Shown piece after piece: positions 1 to 4,536 of a stretch of 4,536 nt of DNA. The notes beneath the pieces are model-generated. The model searched no databases and was not told where the DNA came from. It was given only the letters and a program-made list of their open reading frames with translations. The number at the start of each line of letters is the position of its first letter. The stretch's first letter is position 1. The stretch lies in IMG/VR virus record IMGVR_UViG_2648501338_000010; one strand, written 5' to 3'. The stretch is from a virus. Lineage: Duplodnaviria > Heunggongvirae > Uroviricota > Caudoviricetes. The position numbers and the translations under genes are program-made.

Positions 1-43
1 CCCGTTGACGGACTTCAGGGGAAAAACGAGTATTTTTAGTCAT
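1..43 (-). CDS. IS3-family transposase OrfA, first 14 codons only (5' partial in window; gene continues past position 1)
   Basis: ATG at 43..41 preceded by AGAGG 8 nt upstream; translation MTKNTRFSPEVRQR; the frame stays open to the window edge. Confidence 0.7.
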   Translation of the reverse strand, partial: MTKNTRFSPEVRQR

Positions 44-97
44 CCTGTTTACCTCTTTCTCAGGAAGTTTAGTCTCCAGGATTCCCGGGGCGGTTCA
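1..97 (-). mobile_element. Terminal 97 bp of an IS3-family insertion sequence (IS629/IS1203-like), outer end at position 97; element continues beyond window start
   Basis: Minus strand 97->1 reads TGAACCGCCCCGGGAATCCTGGAGACTAAACTTCCTGAGAAAGAGGTAAACAGG then ATG ACT AAA AAT ACT CGT TTT TCC CCT GAA GTC CGT CAA CGG. The TGA-initiated terminal repeat and the MTKNTRFSPEVRQR start match my recollection of the IS629-type left end and OrfA. Identification is from memory, not a search. Confidence 0.75.
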
Positions 98-165
98 ATG
101 TTCTCTGCTTCGATAACTCTGTTGAATGGTTCTCCATTCCATTCACCTGTGACTCGGAAGTGCAT
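98..165 (-). pseudogene. 5' fragment (22 codons, MHFRVTGEWNGEPFNRVIEAEN) of a minus-strand gene apparently interrupted by the IS insertion
   Basis: ATG at 165..163 with GGAG 7 nt upstream; the frame runs straight into the IS terminus at 97/98, after which the reading is IS sequence. Product unknown. A second frame (ATG 137, MENHSTELSKQRT) is a weaker alternative. Confidence 0.3.
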
Positions 166-204
166 TTATCATCTCCATAAAACAAAACCCGCCGTAGCGA
201 GTTC

Positions 205-235
205 AGATAAAAGAAATCCTCGTCAGTGCGAGGAT
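205..235 (-). terminator. Candidate intrinsic terminator for leftward transcription
   Basis: Inverted repeat atcctcg (216-222) / cgaggat (229-235) with 6-nt loop; on the minus strand the stem is followed directly by TTCTTTTAT. Stem is short, so confidence is low. Confidence 0.3.
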
Positions 236-407
236 GCTGTTCATTGCTGCTATACACTTTTTTGCTCTCAACGTAAGCGGTAGCTCATTCTGTTGGGTTG
301 GTGCAGTTGCTTTTAGGAAATGCTATTTACCCCTTAAACGTCGGCTGAAAGAGCTAAAATCCATGCAAAAAATTTACGCAATTTTGTGTATTATTGTGCA
401 GTAAGTA

Positions 408-1010
408 ATGAGCTATTTTCTGCGCAAAAAATGGATGGTAAATTTGTCCGGGGCAGGAAAAATTTTATGGGCGCTAAACATGAAAAAAGATTCGTATCCT
501 TATTTGATTTGCATGACAGTTTCAGGCCTGATCTTTATTTTCCTTTTCTTCTGGTGGCGGGCAGATATTTACAGGGTCACGTTTCTTAATCAGAGTATAT
601 CCCACTATTACATTCTGTTTAGCATGGGAATAGCTTTTCTGTTATCTCTGTTTTGGGTTAAGAAGGGGATAGTAAAACAAAGCGGCTGGAAGAGTCTGTC
701 AGCATACCTTAAGGTTTATGCAGGGATGTGCATATTTGCTGGATTTTTTCTGATTATACCCCTTACAACACTAACTTATTTTTTGCCTGGAGAGACATCG
801 TCTTATGTTGCACCGTATCGGTATACTTCCGGTAGTTCAAAAAGTTGTTCTGGAGCTGAGGTGGATGACCCTGATCTACATGAGAATATTCGCATTTGCT
901 ATCCGTATGGCAATTATGAGTACGATAATATTATCTATGTTGAAAAGAAAATTAATACATTAGGTGCGGTAGTAACATATGCACAGACCGCGCGTGATGA
1001 TACTGAATGA
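408..1010 (+). CDS. Hypothetical inner-membrane protein, 200 aa, three predicted transmembrane helices plus ~75-aa Cys/Tyr-rich C-terminal domain; unrecognised accessory (moron) gene
   Basis: Only long ORF on the plus strand, opposite to all phage early genes. Basic N-terminus (RKK, KK), then hydrophobic stretches LICMTVSGLIFIFLFFWW, ILFSMGIAFLLSLFWV and AGMCIFAGFFLIIPLTTLTYFL, then a soluble tail with Cys in SKSCSG and IRICYPYG. AT-rich codon usage: hand-counted 60-nt blocks give ~25-37% G+C versus ~48% in bet. Hairpin 35 nt after the stop. Start ATG 408 has no strong SD; in-frame ATGs at 435 and 480 are alternatives. Confidence 0.65.
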   Translation: MSYFLRKKWMVNLSGAGKILWALNMKKDSYPYLICMTVSGLIFIFLFFWWRADIYRVTFLNQSISHYYILFSMGIAFLLSLFWVKKGIVKQSGWKSLSAYLKVYAGMCIFAGFFLIIPLTTLTYFLPGETSSYVAPYRYTSGSSKSCSGAEVDDPDLHENIRICYPYGNYEYDNIIYVEKKINTLGAVVTYAQTARDDTE

Positions 1011-1044
1011 GATAGTATATAGCGGGCAAGTTTTAGTTAATTTA

Positions 1045-1078
1045 TCGAGGTAATATAATTTACCTCGACTCGTTTATT
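1045..1078 (+). terminator. Candidate terminator hairpin downstream of the membrane-protein gene
   Basis: Perfect 9-bp inverted repeat tcgaggtaa (1045-1053) / ttacctcga (1060-1068) with loop TATAAT, followed by ctcgtttattct (T-rich but interrupted). Confidence 0.35.
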
Positions 1079-1220
1079 CTGGTATTAATATTTCGCTTTA
1101 CGATCGATTTTTATCTGATGATATCATGCGGTTTTCATATACTGACTTACTGTCTTTTCTCCGTTAGCGATTTTCTCCTGCTCAGCGATGATTTTATCTT
1201 TGGCTTCTAGTTAATTTCGC

Positions 1221-1442
1221 TCACTTCGAACCTCTCTGTTTACTGATAAGTTCCAGATCCTCCTGGCAACTTGCACAAGTCCGACAACCCTGAACGGCCA
1301 GGCGTCTTCGCTCATCTATGGGATCGCCACACTCACAACAATGAGTGGCAGATATAGCCTGGTGGTTCAGGCGGCGCATTTTTATTGCTGTGTTGCGCTG
1401 TAATTCTTCAATTTCTGATGCTGAATCAATGATGTCTGCCAT
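1221..1442 (-). CDS. TraR/DksA-family C4 zinc-finger protein, 73 aa (lambda Orf73-like)
   Basis: ATG at 1442, TGA at 1223..1221. Translation contains CxxC-(17)-CxxC with the family motif CCECGDPIDERRRLAVQGCRTCASCQ. Same size as the TraR homologue I recall being encoded by lambda in this part of the pL operon. Confidence 0.85.
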   Translation of the reverse strand: MADIIDSASEIEELQRNTAIKMRRLNHQAISATHCCECGDPIDERRRLAVQGCRTCASCQEDLELISKQRGSK

Positions 1443-1493
1443 CTTCCATTAATCCCTGAATTGTTGGTTAATACGCTTGAGGGTGAATGCGAA

Positions 1494-1518
1494 CAATAAA
1501 AAAGGAGCCTGTAGCTCC
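1494..1518 (-). terminator. Candidate intrinsic terminator on the minus strand between the orf61-region ORF and the TraR-like gene
   Basis: Minus strand reads GGAGC TACAG GCTCC followed immediately by TTTTTTATTG (plus strand 1504-1518 hairpin, A-run 1495-1503). Stem is only 5 bp but GC-rich with a clean T6 tract. Confidence 0.45.
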
Positions 1519-1540
1519 CTGATGATTTTGCTTTTCATGC

Positions 1541-1822
1541 TCACCGTTCCTTAAAGACGCCGTTTAACATGCCGATCGCCAGGCTTAAATGAGTCGGTGT
1601 GAATCCCATCAGCGTTACCGTTTCGCGGTGCTTCTTCAGTACGCTACGGCAAATGTCATCGACGTTTTTATCCGGAAACTGCTGTCTGGCTTTTTTGATT
1701 TCAGAATTAGCCTGACGGGCAATACTGCGAAGGGCGTTTTCTTGCTGAGGTGTCATTGAACAAGTCCCATGTCGGCAAGCATAAGCACACAGAATATGAA
1801 GCCCGCTGCCAGAAAAATGCAT
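1541..1822 (-). CDS. Hypothetical protein in the lambda orf61 position; 93 aa from ATG 1822, or 71 aa from ATG 1756 (MTPQQENALRS...)
   Basis: Open frame in the six-frame track. ATG 1822 follows a TGA directly (TGAATG). The internal ATG 1756 overlaps the stop of a 27-codon linker ORF in ATGA fashion. I could not reconcile this ORF with the 61-codon lambda orf61 I remember, so start and identity are uncertain. Confidence 0.5.
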   Translation of the reverse strand: MHFSGSGLHILCAYACRHGTCSMTPQQENALRSIARQANSEIKKARQQFPDKNVDDICRSVLKKHRETVTLMGFTPTHLSLAIGMLNGVFKER

Positions 1823-1832
1823 TCAGTGGTTG

Positions 1833-2024
1833 TCATACCAGGTCTCTCTCATCTGCTTCTGCTTTCGCCACCATCATTTCCAGCTTTTGCGAAAGGGATG
1901 TGGCTAACGTATGAAATTCTTCGTCTGTTTCTACTGGTATTGGCACAAACCTGACTCCAATTTGAGCAAGGCTATGTGCCATCTCAATACTCGTTCTTAA
2001 CTCAACAGGAGATGCTTTGTGCAT
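1833..2024 (-). CDS. Lambda-type early protein Orf63 (63 aa), function unknown
   Basis: Length, position and 28-nt overlap with the next gene match the lambda orf63/orf60a arrangement relative to exo as I recall it; translation [26 protein letters not shown]... Confidence 0.75.
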   Translation of the reverse strand: MHKASPVELRTSIEMAHSLAQIGVRFVPIPVETDEEFHTLATSLSQKLEMMVAKAEADERDLV

Positions 2025-2179
2025 ATCGCCTCCCGTTTATTATTTATCTCCTCAGCCAGCCGCTGGGCTTTCAGCGGATTTCGGATAACAGAAAGGCCGG
2101 GAAATACCCAGCCTCGCTTCGTAACGGAGTAGACGAAAGTGATCGTGCCTACGCGGATATTATCGTGAGGATGCTTCAT
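1997..2179 (-). CDS. Lambda-type early protein Orf60a (60 aa), function unknown
   Basis: ATG at 2179..2177 overlaps the exo stop TGA (2178..2176) as ATGA. The track ORF begins two codons earlier at 2185 (MAM...); I chose the coupled start that gives 60 aa. Confidence 0.7.
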   Translation of the reverse strand: MKHPHDNIRVGTITFVYSVTKRGWVFPGLSVIRNPLKAQRLAEEINNKREAICTKHLLLS

Positions 2180-2856
2180 CGCCATTGCTCCCCAAATACA
2201 AAACCAATTTCAGCCAGTGCCTCGTCCATTTTTTCGATGAACTCCGGCACCATCTCGTCAAAACCCGCCATGTACTTTTCATCCCGCTCAACCACGACAT
2301 AATGCAGGCCTTCACGCTTCATACGCGGGTCATAGTTGGCAAAGTACCAGGCATCTTTTCGCGTCACCCACATGCTGTACTGCACCTGGGCCATGTAAGC
2401 CGACTTTATGGCCTCGAAACCACCGAGCCTGAACTTCATGAAATCCCGGGAGGTAAACGGGCATTTCAGCTCAAGGCCGTTGCCGTCACTGCATAAACCA
2501 TCGGGAGAGCAGGCGGTGCGCATACTTTCGTCGCGATAGATGATCGGGGATTCAGTAACATTCACGCCGGAAGTGAATTCAAACAGGGTTCTGGCGTCGT
2601 TCTCGTACTGTTTTCCCCAGGCCAGCGCCTTAGCATTAACTTCCGGAGCCACACCGGTGCAAACCTCAGCCAGCAGGGTGTGGAAGTAGGACATTTTCAT
2701 GTCAGGCCACTTCTTTCCTGAGCGGGGCTTTGCTATCACGTTGTGAACTTCTGAAGCGGTGATGACGCCGAGCCGTAATTTGTGCCATGCATCATCCCCC
2801 TGTTCGACAGCTCTCACGTCGATCCCGGTACGCTGCAGGATAATGTCCGGTGTCAT
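2176..2856 (-). CDS. exo: Lambda exonuclease (Red-alpha), 5'-3' dsDNA exonuclease, 226 aa
   Basis: Translation [65 protein letters not shown]... matches lambda Exo as I recall it, full length. Start ATG overlaps the bet stop (ATGA at 2853-2856). Confidence 0.97.
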   Translation of the reverse strand: MTPDIILQRTGIDVRAVEQGDDAWHKLRLGVITASEVHNVIAKPRSGKKWPDMKMSYFHTLLAEVCTGVAPEVNAKALAWGKQYENDARTLFEFTSGVNVTESPIIYRDESMRTACSPDGLCSDGNGLELKCPFTSRDFMKFRLGGFEAIKSAYMAQVQYSMWVTRKDAWYFANYDPRMKREGLHYVVVERDEKYMAGFDEMVPEFIEKMDEALAEIGFVFGEQWR

Positions 2857-3638
2857 GCTGCCACCTTCTGCTCAGTGGCTTTCTGTTTCAGGAATCCAAG
2901 AGCTTTCACTGCTTCGGCCTGTGTCAGTTCTGACGATGCGCGAATGTCGCGGCGAAATATCTGGGAACAGAGCGGCAATAAGTCGTCATCCCATGTTTTA
3001 TCCAGGGCGATTAGCAGAGTGTTAATCTCCTGCATGGTTTCATCGTTAACCGGAGTGATGTCGCGTTCCGGCTGGCGTTCTGCAGTGTATGCAGTATTTT
3101 CGACAATGCGCTCGGCTTCATCCTTGTCATAGATACCAGCAAATCCGAAGGCCAGACGGGCACACTGAATCATGGCTTTATGCCGTAACATCCGTTTAGG
3201 ATGCGACTGCCACGGCCCCGTGATTTCTCTGCCTTCGCGGGTTTTGAATGGTTCGCGGCGGCATTCATCCATCCATTCGGTAACGCAGATCGGATGATTA
3301 CGGTCCTTGCGGTAAATCCGGCATGTACAGGATTCATTGTCCTGCTCAAAGTCCATGCCATCAAACTGCTGGTTTTCATTGATGATGCGGGACCAGCCAT
3401 CAACGCCCACCACCGGAACGATGCCGTTCTGCTTATCAGGGAAGGCGTAAATTTCTTTCGTCCACGGATTAAGGCCGTACTGGTTGGCGACGATCAACAA
3501 TGCGATGAACTGCGCATCGCTGGCATCGCCTTTAAATGCCGTCTGGCGAAGAGTGGTGATCAGTTCCTGTGGGTCGACAGAATCCATGCCGACACGTTCA
3601 GCCAGCTTCCCTGCCAGCGTTGCGAGTGCTGTACTCAT
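2853..3638 (-). CDS. bet: Lambda Bet (Red-beta) single-strand annealing recombinase, 261 aa
   Basis: Translation [69 protein letters not shown]... matches lambda Bet, full length; starts 5 nt after the gam stop. Confidence 0.97.
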   Translation of the reverse strand: MSTALATLAGKLAERVGMDSVDPQELITTLRQTAFKGDASDAQFIALLIVANQYGLNPWTKEIYAFPDKQNGIVPVVGVDGWSRIINENQQFDGMDFEQDNESCTCRIYRKDRNHPICVTEWMDECRREPFKTREGREITGPWQSHPKRMLRHKAMIQCARLAFGFAGIYDKDEAERIVENTAYTAERQPERDITPVNDETMQEINTLLIALDKTWDDDLLPLCSQIFRRDIRASSELTQAEAVKALGFLKQKATEQKVAA

Positions 3639-3643
3639 CCGTT

Positions 3644-4060
3644 TTATACCTCTGAATCAATATCAACCTGATGGTGAGCAATGGTTTCAACCATGTACCG
3701 GATGTGTTCTGCCATGCGCTCCTGAAACTCAACATCGTCATCAAACGCACGGGTAATGGCTTTTTTGCTGGCCCCGTGGCGTTGCAAATGACCGATGCAT
3801 AGCGATTCAAACAGGTGCTGGGGCAGGCCTTTTTCCATGTCGTCTGCCAGTTCTGCCTCTTTCTCTTCACGGGCTATCTGCTGGTAGTGACGCGCCCAGC
3901 TCTGAGCCTCAAGACGATCCTGAATGTAATAAGCGTTCATGGCCGAACTCCTGAAATAGCTGTGAAAATATCGCCCGCGAAATGCCGGGCTGATTAGGAA
4001 AACAGGAAAGGGGGTTAGTGAATGCTTTTGCTTGATCTCAGTTTCAGTATTAATATCCAT
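3644..4060 (-). CDS. gam: Lambda Gam, RecBCD inhibitor; 138-aa long frame (GamL) with internal SD-preceded start at 3940 giving the 98-aa GamS form
   Basis: Translation [100 protein letters not shown]... Internal ATG 3940..3938 is preceded by AGGAG 7 nt upstream; the 4060 ATG has no SD. Confidence 0.95.
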   Translation of the reverse strand: MDINTETEIKQKHSLTPFPVFLISPAFRGRYFHSYFRSSAMNAYYIQDRLEAQSWARHYQQIAREEKEAELADDMEKGLPQHLFESLCIGHLQRHGASKKAITRAFDDDVEFQERMAEHIRYMVETIAHHQVDIDSEV

Positions 4061-4158
4061 TTTTTATAAGCGTCGACGGCCTCACGAAACATCTTTTCAT
4101 CGCCAATAAAAGTGGCGATAGTGAATTTAGTCTGGATAGCCATAATTGTTTGATCCAT
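4015..4158 (-). CDS. kil: Lambda Kil (47 aa), host cell-division inhibitor
   Basis: ATG at 4158..4156 preceded by CAGGAGTCCCAAAAA; translation [47 protein letters not shown]; stop TAA 4017..4015. The 89-aa track ORF is an upstream extension of this frame with no SD. Confidence 0.85.
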   Translation of the reverse strand: MDQTIMAIQTKFTIATFIGDEKMFREAVDAYKKWILILKLRSSKSIH

Positions 4159-4291
4159 TTTTTGGGACTCCTGGCTGATTAAGTATGTCGATAAGGCGTT
4201 TCCATCCGTCACGTAATTTACGGGTGATTCGTTCAAGTAAAGATTCGGAAGGGCAGCCAGCAACAGGCCACCCTGCAATGGCATATTGCAT
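4127..4291 (-). CDS. cIII: Lambda cIII (54 aa), inhibitor of FtsH/HflB protease that stabilises CII
   Basis: Not in the ORF track (below its size cutoff). ATG at 4291..4289 with AAGGAG 6 nt upstream; hand translation [54 protein letters not shown], stop TAA 4129..4127. Confidence 0.9.
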   Translation of the reverse strand: MQYAIAGWPVAGCPSESLLERITRKLRDGWKRLIDILNQPGVPKNGSNNYGYPD

Positions 4292-4363
4292 GGTGTGCTC
4301 CTTATTTATACATAACGAAAAACGCCTCGAGTGAAGCGTAATTGGTATGCGGTAACGCCGCGC

Positions 4364-4536
4364 TCAGGCGGCCTTGATAGTCATATCATCTGAATCAAAT
4401 ATTTCTGATGTATCGATATCGGTAATTCTTATTCCTTCACTACCATCCATTGGAGGCCATCCTTCCTGACCATTTCCATCATTCCAGTCGAACTCACACA
4501 CAACACCATATGCATTTAAGTCGCTTGAAATTGCTA
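4364..4536 (-). CDS. ea10: Lambda-type Ea10, 3' portion only (gene starts beyond window end)
   Basis: Minus-strand frame open from the window edge to TGA at 4366..4364; hand translation ends ...AISSDLNAYGVVCEFDWNDGNGQEGWPPMDGSEGIRITDIDTSEIFDSDDMTIKAA. Position relative to cIII matches lambda ea10; the protein sequence itself I cannot verify from memory. Confidence 0.65.
   Translation of the reverse strand, partial: AISSDLNAYGVVCEFDWNDGNGQEGWPPMDGSEGIRITDIDTSEIFDSDDMTIKAA

Noticed and set aside
69-257. 62-aa minus-strand ORF
   Set aside because: GTG start; the last nine codons are IS terminal-repeat sequence, so the ORF is a chance reading across the insertion junction.
5-283. 92-aa plus-strand ORF
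   Set aside because: Starts with TTG, runs across the IS/phage junction at 97/98, is low-complexity and basic, and has no SD. The ATG at 98 would give a 61-aa Cys/His-containing peptide, but it lies exactly at the insertion boundary and overlaps the minus-strand hairpin and SD region. Most likely a frame artefact.
386-589. 67-aa plus-strand ORF overlapping the start of the membrane-protein gene
   Set aside because: GTG start in an alternative frame of the 408-1010 gene; the product is not protein-like and the longer frame explains the region.
1108-1137. Short plus-strand ORF beginning ATG 1108 (MISCGFHIL..., about 30 codons)
   Set aside because: No ribosome-binding site, lies in an AT-rich intergenic segment, and was not checked against the other frames beyond hand translation. 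Cannot be supported as a gene.
1769-2496. Plus-strand ORFs 1769-1954, 1976-2302 and 2185-2496
   Set aside because: They lie antisense to the orf61-region, orf63, orf60a and exo genes, which are well supported; typical shadow ORFs.
2759-3997. ORFs 2759-3025 (+), 2782-3132 (+), 3201-3671 (+), 3484-3756 (+), 3815-3997 (+), 3170-3403 (-) and 3598-3870 (-)
   Set aside because: All are embedded in alternative or antisense frames of exo, bet or gam, whose translations match known lambda proteins. Several use GTG/TTG starts. Judged spurious.
4015-4284. 89-aa minus-strand ORF (MPLQGG...)
   Set aside because: The upstream 42 codons have no SD and overlap cIII in another frame. The real gene is the 47-aa kil starting at the internal SD-preceded ATG 4158.
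1-4536. Chi site (GCTGGTGG), CRISPR repeats, tRNA-like structures
   Set aside because: Scanned by eye on both strands. Near-matches such as cctggtgg (around 1350) and tctggtgg (around 551) are not Chi, and no regularly spaced repeats or cloverleaf-like segments were seen. An eye scan is not exhaustive.

Overview
This window reads as the distal early-left (pL) arm of a lambda-type prophage, with a non-lambda AT-rich island and an insertion-sequence end at its left edge. All phage genes are on the minus strand, in lambda order from right to left: ea10 (3' end only), cIII, kil, gam, bet, exo, orf60a, orf63, an orf61-region ORF, a terminator-like hairpin, and a 73-aa TraR/DksA-type zinc-finger gene (lambda Orf73-like). 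Left of position ~1220 the lambda-like arrangement ends. In its place is an AT-rich segment carrying one plus-strand gene (408-1010) for a 200-aa predicted three-helix membrane protein with a Cys/Tyr-rich C-terminal domain, followed by a hairpin; I do not recognise this protein, and it is the best candidate for an undescribed accessory or defence function. Positions 1-97 are the terminal part of an IS3-family (IS629-like) element whose orfA starts at 43 and runs off the window; the insertion appears to have cut a minus-strand gene that starts at 165. No tRNA, rRNA or CRISPR array was seen. All protein identifications are from recall of lambda and IS protein sequences and from reading the sequence by hand; no database search was possible.
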